NCBI GenBank assembly: GCA_026023565.1
Contig: JAPETS010000019.1
Location: 434,001-498,000 of the forward strand
DNA length: 64,000 nt
From: Cirrosporium novae-zelandiae
Lineage: Eukaryota
Direction of reading: 5' to 3'
Below are positions 52,472 through 64,000 of the stretch, piece after piece. The translations under genes were made by a program, and so were the position numbers. Positions within the stretch are counted from its first letter, which is position 1. Each line of letters begins with the position of its first letter. The notes below the pieces were generated by a model. It was given only the letters and a program-made list of their open reading frames with translations. It ran no database searches and was not told the DNA's origin.

Positions 52472-53767
52472 TTAGTCGGAGGCATTTTCTGGCTTCCTGG
52501 CGACGAGGACAACACTACCGGATATCAGTGATATCTCCGCGATGTATTAGGATCTGAATGCTTACACTGGGATGTATCCATGGGTCTTCGTGTTCTTCAG
52601 TTCCTTCCGAACATTGACTGATCACGGCATTAGCTCTAATGGATTCATTCCAATTCATAAACAAAGGGGATCTGGAAATATATACTCAAAAACACTTCCA
52701 CTTCCTCCTTGGTCCATCCTAAGCCTCGTGTAAACATGGCCAGACAGAACCCCGATAGACCTTGCAGTACATTCTCCAGATTCCAGAGGCCCAGCTCTTT
52801 GTGCTTTTTATCCTTGGGCCACGTATTAAGTGGCCATTTATAAAACGTCTCCTGGATACTGTCTGCAGGAAATCCAGCTTCTTGCATCCATTTCTTATAG
52901 TGCTTTGTTTGATCTAAATCCTTTCCCAACTTTTTTGAAGCCTCCAGCCATAATTCACACCACTTTGAAATTATGTTCGATGGAGGCATGGTGTTGTCGT
53001 CGCTGGTGTATGGATGAAGGAGATCTTGCATTTCGAAATAGCCGCCTGGTTTTAGATAGCGATACGCTTCCTTGAAAACTTTGACAGGATCTTGAAAGCT
53101 GCTGGTAAGTACCCGACCGTGAATATAATCAAAGTGTTCGGGATATTGCCAGTCCTCCTCAGCATCATCAATCAAGAACCTGCAATTCGGTGGAGCCCAA
53201 GTGGGCTGAATAGGGCTGAGATCCGTTCCAGTAACTTGCGCTGAGGGATATTCGTCGGCGAATTCAATAGCCCAGATCCCTGTACCCGTACCGATATCCA
53301 AAACATTCTGTGGATTCTTAAGTGGAGCCAGATGAAGCTTATTATCAAGGGTTAACAGAAAAATATGATGTTGAAGATCAAGGCGGTCGTTTTCCGTGTC
53401 ATCATTTGGAAATAGGTATTCTAGCGCACGATGCTAATTAATACCTTCAAAACATTTAAAGATACTATACTCACGGCCATCTTTGTATTTATGATAAGTC
53501 CTTATTGACACCATAGTTAGCCAGAGTATCTACAGAGTGATGACGGTTCAATACGATAGCATCGAATCCATCATCGAGGTAGATAGGGTATTGACAGGTA
53601 GGATACCTTCCGTTTTCTCTTCGATATTCAAGAATACTCGAAGTGACAGATGTAGTTGTAGAGGCCTCACTCAGATCAGTAATTGCCGAGTCCGTATCTG
53701 TGCTTTGATCATCTGCCAGGAGTTGGTTCCCTGGAGGCTCATGCGCGCGCTCTGTTACGACAGGCAT
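52472..53767 (-). CDS. LaeA-like SAM-dependent methyltransferase, multi-intron
   Basis: SSILEYRRENGR/TYHKYKDG, YLFPND..ENDRLDLQH, LDIGTGTGIW, GTDLSPIQP and LKPGGY.E. Two 3' exons give NVRKELK...GYIPV and VVLVARKPENASD*. Confidence 0.88.
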
Positions 53768-55506
53768 GCTTGAAAAGGCAATTAAATGGATAAGAAGACA
53801 GAAGAATTGAGAATAAAATAAGATGTTGCGGAAAAGCAGTGAGGCGCTTTATTATATTCTTTTCACAATCTGCGTTACGAGTCGCCAGCCAACAAAGCAA
53901 CCTCGCCTTGATGCTACCGCATGTTTTCCTCCGTTCCCTGTCTGTATATCGGTAGCAGAAGACTTTTGAAGAGCATTTTCCATTTCCATTTTGCGGCTAT
54001 CCGATTGCACACGTCTCCACGTTCTGCAAGACGAACAAGAGTCGAGGAAGTAGGAGTCAGAGAGGATAACGTGAAGGCCAATGATCATGTTGTAGGGGTC
54101 AACCGGTGGGTCCATACCCAACCGTTTTAGATTAGGATTACCTTATTATGTGTTGTGGTGTTTAGTTGATTGATAAGTTGGACGTTCAGAGCAAAAGTTG
54201 AAAGGGCAAACGGAAGTGGTCCGACCACAGTGGTATAGACAGATGAATGTTTAAGAAAAGAGCGGATCCCCAGAGGGCTCCATGTTGCTTTGAAGCTGGA
54301 CCTGTTGCTAGTTGGTTGGACGCGATATACAATCTCGATAATGGCAGCGATGCATTGGGACAGTCACTCCACGAGGGTTCACAAATGTCCAAGAGCGTTC
54401 CAATTGATCTTGATATGGCTAAATTCCGTGTGGAGCGCCCCACCGTCTTAGGAATGACTTCGCCCGAGACCACAGCAAACTAAGCCTACTATAATACTAT
54501 GCGGATATTTCTACATCTCGACTCTAGCATTCAAACTTGTTGCTATGAGTATTCTGCACCTCCTAACCGTGTTACCTGGCAATGCTGCGCCGGAGATGCT
54601 GTGCCGCAGCTAAGCAGGGGGTGAACGGCCCTGCCGTCGTGACAACCATCGACCCACGAAAGTGGCTACTTACGGGCAACGGGGAAATAAAAACCGTCTG
54701 ACCGTCTACGACCGACAACATCGGCTTAAGCTCGATCCTAATAACGAACCAGTACTTGTTGAAGTAGAACTAAACCTAGGACATGAATAGCACACCCCTA
54801 GACTAAGCCCGAGGGTAGTTCGCATGTTTAAAGGTGCAGTCGCTCAAAAATGAAAGCGACTAAATCTAGAAAAGTGACCTTGGGAAGGCCTTCAGACATG
54901 CAAACCACCCTTGGCCTATAATTAAATATATTAGTTTTCCGGAAATTGTAAAGGCTAATTCTGATAGAACTCGTTGGGACTGCGTTTAAGAGCCTCGTTG
55001 GATTTGACATGGGTTAGCTATCAAGAGCTGGAACTACAGGTCAATTAGAAGAATAGTAGGGATATAAGTTTGGTTATAGGAAAGGCGTTCAGTAGATTCC
55101 CGGCGTGGGTCTGTAAAGAGCTCTCCTGCAAGACGCGGTTGGCCTGTCATAGGGAGATTATAGATATCGCGAAACGGTTATACCAAGGGAATAGTATATG
55201 CTGCAGGGTGAGGCGTGTAGTGACAGCCACTTGACCGCCCCAGAAACCTCATCCCTCAACGGGCACTGACCCCTAGACTCCTTGGTGGATGAGATAGGCT
55301 ATAGGCACTGTGATTTGCGGGTTAGCATTTTGGTCAGGGTTGCTAGAACTAGTGTATGTACACCTGTACATGTATATATACATACAATCAAGTACTTTTC
55401 AATTTTTAAACATGCAGGCAGCAAGTATCCGTGGAACCTCCAGCGAATGAGTGATGGACGCGAGTCTTTATTCCTCATCATGCATATATATAAATGACCT
55501 ACCCCC

Positions 55507-56772
55507 TCAAACCCAAGAAAGACTCCACGTCTCCTGCCCCCTCCTGAATGGAACAACCTCAACATCCTTTGCCTGCAGCACATCCATAATTCTCTCACCG
55601 CCCTTCTGAACAGTTATAAACTCCCTCGTCTCCTCCTGCAACCCATAAAATGCCCTCCCAAACTTACTCATAAACCCCTCCAAAACCTCCGGCGTAACCT
55701 CCTCCTCCTTCACCACTCCCTCCTTACAGCCCTTCTCTAACGCATCCAGCACCAATTGCGTTGCATACGGTTGACTGAAAACTCCCGCTGCAATCTTATC
55801 TCCCCCTCGCTTCGCCGCTACCGGATGCGGCGCACTATCGGACCCAAAAAAGAACTTGGAGTTTCCTGATATCACCACCCGTAGCAGCGCGTTACGATCG
55901 GCTACTGTCTTTGCAACTGGTCGGCAGAAGCAGAAGGGATCACCGGCCCAGGAATCAACGATTATGGACAGGTGATGTGCAGTTATGGTGCCAGCGACCG
56001 TGGGGCCGCATTTCAAAACTGCGGCGACGGCCGCCGCGGTCGTGAGGTGCTCGAGTATGATTTTGAGGTTTGGAAAGCGCCTGTGTAGATCAAAGAGAAT
56101 GGGTAGGAAACGCTCTTCTGCAGACATGACGGTAATGTCGCCCTTTGAGGGGCATTCTCCGTGTAGGTTTAGGATCAGCCCCTGCTGTTCCATCTCTGCG
56201 AATGTAGGGTAGAAGGGCTCGTAATCCACAACCCCAGCGTCGGAGTTGGTAGTTACCCCTGCCGGGTAGCTTTTTATCCCTGTAATGTTGGCGCATTTGG
56301 CGGCAATTATTTCTGATGGGGTTATGCTGCTGTGTAGATAGAGCGACATGAGGTAGGTTACTTTAGGGTCGAGGGCTTGTAGCCGCTTTTGGTATTGCTG
56401 CGCTTGGTCCACGGTTGTTATGGGCGGTAGAAGATTAGGCTGTGTGGACAAGGGTGGTGGGGTTTAGCAGAGGTAATAGGTATGGTAATTGCATTTGGAT
56501 ACATAAGGCTGAGGAGATGTATATACCCTACCATGACGTACACGGTGTTGACTCCCCCGTTTCGGATCGTGGGGACGACAAGATCCATCATTGCACCGTC
56601 TCTGAGATGGACTAGGTAGTTTAAGGGTTAGCCGCCAGAATGCTAGTGTAGTTATATGCAGGCATGAGGAGGTAAGAAGGGAAGGCATCATCGCATTGCT
56701 TCTCATCGCATACATACCGTGGAAATCAGCAGATGCCGGGAGTTTGACCCCCTCGAGTTTTGGGAATGGCAT
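55507..56772 (-). CDS. URA4: Dihydroorotase (homodimeric, Ura4/PyrC type)
   Basis: DFH/VHLRDG, VYVM/PNL.PPIT, KSYPAGVTTNS, LHGE, LEHLTT and GSDSAPH. Two introns in the 5' part. It could be a paralog rather than the housekeeping copy. Confidence 0.9.
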
Positions 56773-57377
56773 GATTGGTCTATTATATTAGACTAAAATC
56801 GGTTGATTGCAGCGGATCTTGATCGCAGGGGCAGGGTGAAATATTAGAATAATGAGGTGAGATTGATTGCAATTGATTCGAGGCAATTGAGAGTTAATGA
56901 TTAAATTTCAAAGCGCTAAGTTTACCCCGCTAGGAAATGGGCCAGAAGGGCTCTTTCTAGGGGTATATTTGTAACTGTGGAGATGTTGTTGGTGGAAATG
57001 TAAAATCTAAAGATGGAGGGGTAGATAATGTAGATATATCTGCAGCTGTTGGTGGGGCGTGGCCCTTATCTAATCTCGGCGTAGATTCCCGAGGCAGCAA
57101 GGCTCGCGGGTTTAGAAATACTCTAAAACCAATGGTTAATTATCAATGAAATAGTATGGACAGATGTTGAGAGGAATTGTAATTTAATTGCTGGAGTGCC
57201 GCACTACACTCACTGGAGCTGAAATGATACCAAACAAATTAGCTCTAATTACTACCTTCTCTAATATTCCGCTGTGTTACCCGCCATCACCAACCAAGGA
57301 ATTAATTCTGGTGGGATATAATAACCATGCTAATATCCTCCCCGGGAGGATCTCTGAAACTCGTAAACCCATGATAT

Positions 57378-59449
57378 TTACCACGTCCACCACCATCTTT
57401 TCACCAGTCCTTCATCCACTACTAGTTCAACCTCCGACTCGGGCTTTTTGGCTAGTATCCGGTTGCTGGCAAAGTACCACACCATCTGACCGATTACAAC
57501 GGCCTCGGATGCGGCGGCTAGAGCCGTGATGGTCGTAAAGGCTCTGTGGTAAAGGGGTTTGTCGTCATCACGGAAAACTTGGCTACCTGCGATACCAGCG
57601 GCATTGGCGGCCATGATGATCATTCTATAGAGAATAAATGTTAGTTTGGTTTTTGTAGGGGGTAGGTTGGGGGATATTATAGAATCTAGGCTAAGATGGG
57701 TTGAAAGGTAACGAGGATATACAATAGAGATAAGGAAATGCTGTTTGGGGACACTTACGCCATAGCAACACTTCGTTGTTGTGGGCCGATACAATTTGTT
57801 GATAGCCAACCGACGTTGATGATGCTGTAGCCGCATGTTAGCTGTCATGATTCCGTTCCATTCTTGGAAATCAACAAAAGCCCGCCAAGAGATTACTTAC
57901 TGTACAGTGGAATTGGTGACATTAGCCAGTACGACGATGGCATACCGATGCATACGTCCAGCCGTTGAAGGCGTTGATTTCAGCACCGCGTAAGTAATCA
58001 GACTCCAGGTGGCCGCAATGAGGGCAAATGGACCCCGGCGTTTTGTCCAGTCGCTATACATCAGAAGCGGCATGTTAGTAACACGAAACAGGATTTAGTT
58101 TCCAAGTTTGGGTAACGTACGCAGAAAAACCAAGAATGACGACGAAGACAGCGGCAGCAAATATTCCAACAGAGTACATTGCATTCGCCTTCACTTTACC
58201 AAATCCTAGGCTCTTGATGATACTTGGGGAGTATGTTCCGAGAGCATTTACTGGAATAGTAGCGAGCAAAGTGATAAGGACGTGGACCCATATCCGTGGC
58301 TTCTTAAGAGCATCCATGATATCGGAACCGGCAATCCTAATTGCCCCATGCGCCTTGTTAGGGTCGTCGAGGAGTACACGTCTTCTCAGAATATATGTCT
58401 CCTGCTCGGTGAAATAACTCCATCGGCCATTAACTGCTAGACGACTGAGGAGGAAAACACCATCTCCAACCGTTGGTGGAATGAACAAGAGAAAAATGAT
58501 GCCGATACCAATACTCATCACGCCCTCAACTATTGATTGTCAACTTATCTCCATCAATGATAGCCGTAGATCTAGACTTACTCAGAAATAACCATTGCCA
58601 GCCAGCAAGACCGTGTTTACCGGCAAGAGTTAAGATGCCAGCTCCGATCAAGGCACTTGTCGCCACTGCTAAGATGTTTCCGAGGAAGAAGATGGACACA
58701 CGTAGACTGGTTTCGGATTTCTTATACCATGTCGACATAATGTAGAGAGCGCCTGTATTTTATTAGCGTAATGTTACAAAATATCCCGATAGGGCGTACC
58801 TGGAATGAATCCGGCCTCGCACAGTCCCAATAAAAGTCTTGTGGCCAAGTAACCTCCCAGATTTGTTGCAAAAAGCTGAAGGGTCGCAACCAGGCCCCAA
58901 CACATAATCTGGCCGGCCAACCATTTCTGCGGACCAATCTATGTCAAATGTGAGTACGGGTACAGACATGGCAGTGTAGGACATCCTACCCTTTGGAGGA
59001 TAACATTCGAAGGGATCTCAAGAATAACAATTCCAGCAGAAAGGAGTTGGTTTCCAATATTAATTTGATTGGTGCTGATGCCAAGATCTTCAGTGATGGT
59101 ATCTGTCAATGCCTAGCGGAATCGTATCAATGTCAGCGAAAAATACTCTTTTCCAACACAACGGGAATTCAAGGGCTCTTTACAGCGCTGATGTTTCCGC
59201 GATCCATTTGCAAGGCGAAGAATGCAAGCATCAAAAGGGGCAAGAATATAAAATCAACCCTAGCAGATGTTTAGCATTTGAATTATACATGAGTTAGAGG
59301 TCACCATACTTTCGCTTGACTTTGATTTCTTCCTCCGCAGGCCAGTCTGGCTTAACCTCATAATCATTTGTTCCTGTTGGGGTGATGTCCTGGATCTCTT
59401 CATCCTCGGGAACCTTTATTCCTGTCACGGAGTCAGGATGTTTGGCCAT
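57378..59449 (-). CDS. MFS transporter, Dal5/ACS family, multi-intron
   Basis: MDRGNISA, LEIPSN, EAGFIP, TWYKKSE, GWQWLF and ANAAGIAGSQVFR. ATG at 59449. Confidence 0.88.
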
Positions 59450-60373
59450 ATTTACGAATAAAGAACGCAAGACCCAAACGATCAGTGTATGAGTTTAGGT
59501 TTTGTGATCGTCAAGCCAAGATATGATGAGGTAAGGGAAAGTAAAATAAGAAGGAAGAAGTGAATGTTAAGAGTTTGGCAATAGGAAGCCTGACATGTAG
59601 GAAAGCATCAAGTCCGCGAGTACTTGAGCAGAATGATGAAAGTCGGAATCCAAGCAATATTTCATTGATTATAACTGGTGTAGGGAGAGCTCAACACCAT
59701 GGACGAAATACAACAATGGAGGACCCAATGTTCAACGTGACAGAAAATGGCGTTATTGGCAAGGTTAAAGGTGTACGACATGACCTCCTCATCCTTCGAG
59801 CTCTCCAGCCAATAGATTTAAGATTTTAATAGATTTGCATCGTAGAATAGGAACGGGATATTTCGGTGCGGCGTCGCATAGATATGAGAATGGCCTGTGT
59901 GGAATAAATCATGGCATCTTGATTCGCGTTTGGGCGTTTGGAGGGTTCAGTCAAAGGCTTGTTCAACTATTCAGCTGTATCACCATTCCGCCTCTAGCGT
60001 TCCCCCACAGAATTGCTGAGACTCGGTGAGCTTTACAGTACAACCTGAGCTTCAATCACGTTTTCAGCCAAGGCGATGGTGCAACCGACAGGGATGATTA
60101 ACAAACATCATGTCTGTTAATGAGGACACGAAGCTGGGCGTCATTAGACCTTGTCTATCATTGAGTTAACCAACAGAAGAATTCAATCAATTAATAGGTA
60201 GGTATCACGGTATCTAACTATTACATGCTCCATGTCACCGACCACAACTCGGTGGACTAATGACGACGCCCTAGCAAAGTCGGAGATAAAACCATCTATT
60301 CCCGTATTCCCGAGTTATCCGAACAACCTTATTATATCTTACTTCCTCCCCTCCTGTTGATTCCAAGTTATAT

Positions 60374-61745
60374 TCAAGCATAAATGTAACAAAATGGTGT
60401 CCCTCCCACCGTATCCATCGCATCCCGGATCTGCATTTTCTTTGTCAAGTTGCCAAGCTGAAGGGTCAGATAGTCATCTACCGTCCCGTTGTCACTGGGC
60501 GGACTATTGTAAAACGTTCTTGTGCCGAAAATCCCTTGACGATTTTCAAAATTTTGACCTTGCCAGATCGAGTATACACGATCGATATTTCCATGATGGA
60601 GGAAGAATACCGGATCTACAGGAGATGAGAACGTGTCTCCATGGTCTCCGCCAACAGTGAAATGCCCACCCCCATGGATGCCCAAAGTACCCTGAACGTA
60701 GCGAAGATCTCCTTCTAGGAATGCTTGAAAGTATTCTATCGTATCATACTCTAGTATCACAGATGTTGATTGGTTGAAACTGGCAAAGCTCTGCGCAACC
60801 CATGGATTGAGATCACGTCTGAGGCAATGGGGGTTATAGGCGAGAAGATCCGTGCTCGGCACGTAAGTGATATTGGGTCCGTTCGGGAACTGTTTCTCAT
60901 TGACAGGTCCAAGGTTGACCGTATAGTTGACGAATGGACCTTTGAAAATACAACCTCCTCCTGTTCCAGGTTCTCCTGATAAGGGTGGAGTGGAAGGGGC
61001 TCCTGGGGGAGATGTGAAGATGACGCCCTCATGCTCAAAGTACTTCCCATCGCTTCCAAATGAGGTGTCAGAGCCATCAAACATCGGAGAGTCTCGAGGA
61101 GAATCAATGTCTAGGCTCCAATCCCAATATGGAGTTGGTCCTGCATAACCGCACTCGGTTCGCAGTGCTTGATCATATGTCCAAACGTAAAAGCGATGCC
61201 AGGTGAGAAAAGATGCCTGAGAAAGAAGGTAAGTGTTTCGGTACAAATTGTAATTTTAGGGATGAGTGCTAACAGTATTATGAATAACAAGCGTCTGATT
61301 TATATGGGTCGCAACAAAGGAATCATAGAGTGACTTGACTCCTGGAGCATCTTTTGGCTCATATACGCTGGGTTTCGATTGGAGGCATTGAACTGCAGCA
61401 ATGTAGCTCCGACGGTTATCGGATGACAACGTTCTCCTAAATTCAAATCAGTTTGAACTTGACATGCATTGATGCAATATACCATTCCCTCCTGACTGTC
61501 AAAGTAGATGGATTGCAACCGGTCGAAGATTCAAGTTTATCCGTTTTGTTTGTGGCGCGAGTTAATCGTTCCAAAGAAGCTTCATTTGCACGGCTAAGTA
61601 GGTGTTGTAAGACTTCTCCACTATCAATAGCAGATTGATTGTATAGACCATCTGGCAAGGATCCCTTTGAGGGGTGGGCATTGAAGGGAATTGCTATAGC
61701 AAAGGTAACCCAGACAAGATATAACGACAGGTAGAGAAACCACAT
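60374..61745 (-). CDS. Secreted tyrosinase / di-copper oxidase
   Basis: Signal peptide MWFLYLSLYLVWVTFAIA and VRREW. CuA site THINQ...IHNT/ASFLTWHR, YWDW, and CuB site HGGGH...DPVFFLHHGNIDR. Two introns. Confidence 0.92.
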
Positions 61746-63269
61746 GATAGTGTCGTGTCTGCTTATTACACACAATAATCTGAAATGAGAATTGCACGAT
61801 TGATAACTCAAAGGTATATATATGGCCAAGAAGGTAGAAATAATAGGACAAGTAAGAATTTGTTCTTCTGCTATCTAAAGCATTAAACTTAATACCGGTT
61901 GATATTAAATACTGTCAGTCAAGAACTTTTGCACCTAAATATTCCAAAAGGAATGTTTAGAATAAACCTCTGAATTAGGCATCCAGCTAACATTGGCCAG
62001 CCTGGTTATGATCCTTTATTATCACCGGATATCCATTGTGCGGTACTGCAGCACTGCATCAGGCGAACTATGGGATTGTCAAGTTTTATCGAGGATGCTG
62101 ACAGCCAGGATCAACGAAGAACCTCTGGAGTTGAGGTACTAAGCTTTATGGGATACATCTTTAGGGCATACAGAAAGGTAGAAATCTGACAACTAAAATT
62201 GGTCATGTTTCGAGGCATGACAGTTTGGGCCATATATTTTCAAGAATTATTGGTCCTTATAGGTAATGGAGTTGAGATATTTCTTATCCTGGCATATTCA
62301 AGTCCGACTCGTGCAACATAAGAGTAGCACAAGAATATATGACTATTAATTAACTGGGTGAGAATGAGGTATTTCAGGCCGACAAGCTGATAAGGCTGGA
62401 AGCCGACATGTGGAGGCCTGACCTAGAGAGATGGAACATTGGAATAAACGCGGCGTTTTTTTGTGAGAGACACACACCTCGATATGGGAATATCACGCTA
62501 AATATACAAACATGCAAGTATTGAATTGCTGCTGGGAGTCCCTTCGAAAGTAGTCTAGAGGATTTTGTTGAGATGGCTGTGAGAGATTTGACATGTGACT
62601 GTAAAATGCAGAGCTTACGGAGAAGAGGAAAGGTCTCCTGTTGGTGCGGAGGTCCGTTATTCCCCGCTGCTCACTACCCTCCACGCGAGTCCCGAAATAG
62701 GCGGGACTCACAAATTCCTTTTTTTTTATTCTTTTTCCTGGGGATACCTTTAAATATTATTGAAAAGCCGAGGGTGAGTCGCCTGTTTGAATAATTTCCT
62801 AATGCCGTGAAGACATTTAAATATACGACTCACCTTCGACCCCCGAAAAATCATTTTTGAGCAAAGTATAGAATTATTGTGTTGTTGTCTCTCCTGTTAA
62901 TTGTAATTGTAGAATTAATTTTGAGCACAGAATTTTTTTGGGAATATATAACTAGTACCTCTTCCTCTACAAATCTGCATCCTTTTTGCATCACGCTTTT
63001 AATCCCCAATGCAAATAGTGAAGATCCAAGTTTGTGAGGCCTGCGACCAGCGTGGTCCGTTATTCCCCGCTACTCACTACCCCTCCCCCGCCAAAATTCT
63101 CAAACCGCACAGCTAGAAAAATTGTATATATAGTTCAGACCAATTCATATCCTTTTATGCCTTTTCTGATCATTAATTCTGTCTTTCTTTCAATTCACTG
63201 CCTCAACCCCCCAAAGACGCCTTAAACCTACCTTGACTTTTGTCCTGATCTTCCCTGCTTTCTGCAACG

Positions 63270-64000
63270 ATGGGCAACAACTACGATGAATGGTCGAGCC
63301 CCTTTAGCTCTCGCTATGCTAGTTAGTATAACAATCCACCACATAGGCATTGACTCATATTTGTTTGTTTGTTTGTTCAGGCAAGGAGATGAAAGAGCTT
63401 TTCTCACCTCGAACTCGGGCTTCAACCTGGCGACAGTTATGGATATGGCTAGCTGAAGCCGAAAAGGAATTGGGCCTTGATATAACGAATGAGGCAATTG
63501 CTCAAATGAAAGAACATGTCAAAATGACGGATGAAGATTTTCAAATTGCTGCAGTTGAAGAAAAACGACGGAGACACGATGTCATGGCTCATGTTCATGC
63601 CTTTGGTCTGGCTGCTCCAGCAGCAGCTGGGATTATCCATCTGGGGTGCACCTCCAAATCCTTTCGTCTATCCATAACGCACTTGCTGATAAACCCTTTT
63701 CTCCAGAGCAACGAGTTGCTACGTTACAGATAATGCCGACTTAATCTTCTTAAGGGATGGACTTGATATTCTTCTTCCTAAGCTTGCATCTGCTATCCAG
63801 AAGCTCAGTGACTTTGCATACGAGCATCGACATCTTCCCTGCCTTGCATATACACATGGACAGCCTGCACAACCTACTACTGTGTATGTTTATGCTTAAT
63901 CCTGCGATATTCGTGGAATATATCACCATGATTAGATCGTCTAATTCTCTCCAGTGGAAAACGAACCTGTCTTTGGATTCAAGATCTTCTCATGGACCTT
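63270..64000 (+). CDS. ADE13: Adenylosuccinate lyase, 5' part (runs off the window)
   Basis: [49 protein letters not shown] and [14 protein letters not shown]. Introns 63322-63380, 63646-63706 and ~63884-63954. Confidence 0.95.

Overview
Intron-containing genomic DNA from a filamentous ascomycete (GT-AG introns mostly 45-70 nt, CTAAC/CTGAC branch sites). About 20 protein-coding loci are separated by long microsatellite-rich intergenic tracts. Recognisable genes: a laccase-type multicopper oxidase, a hydrophobin-like 10-Cys secreted protein, a C2H2 zinc-finger protein, a Gre2-like reductase, a five-gene block at 18.9-28.4 kb (divergent ornithine-aminotransferase-like enzyme, two 2OG-Fe(II) dioxygenases, Dal5-family MFS permease, alpha/beta hydrolase), two head-to-head SRPK-like kinases with frameshifts, a sugar porter, a third 2OG-Fe(II) dioxygenase, an HNH nuclease, a LaeA-like methyltransferase, dihydroorotase, a second Dal5-family permease, a secreted tyrosinase and the 5' part of ADE13. 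Highlights not shown by the ORF track: a 58-aa micro-ORF ending in an 8-Cys cluster plus a CAAX box (31173-31349, minus), a solo LTR with a perfect 5-bp TSD (51536-51699), and an aminotransferase whose ornithine-binding residues are all replaced, inside a candidate nitrogen-scavenging cluster. All calls were made by eye, and no database searches were run.
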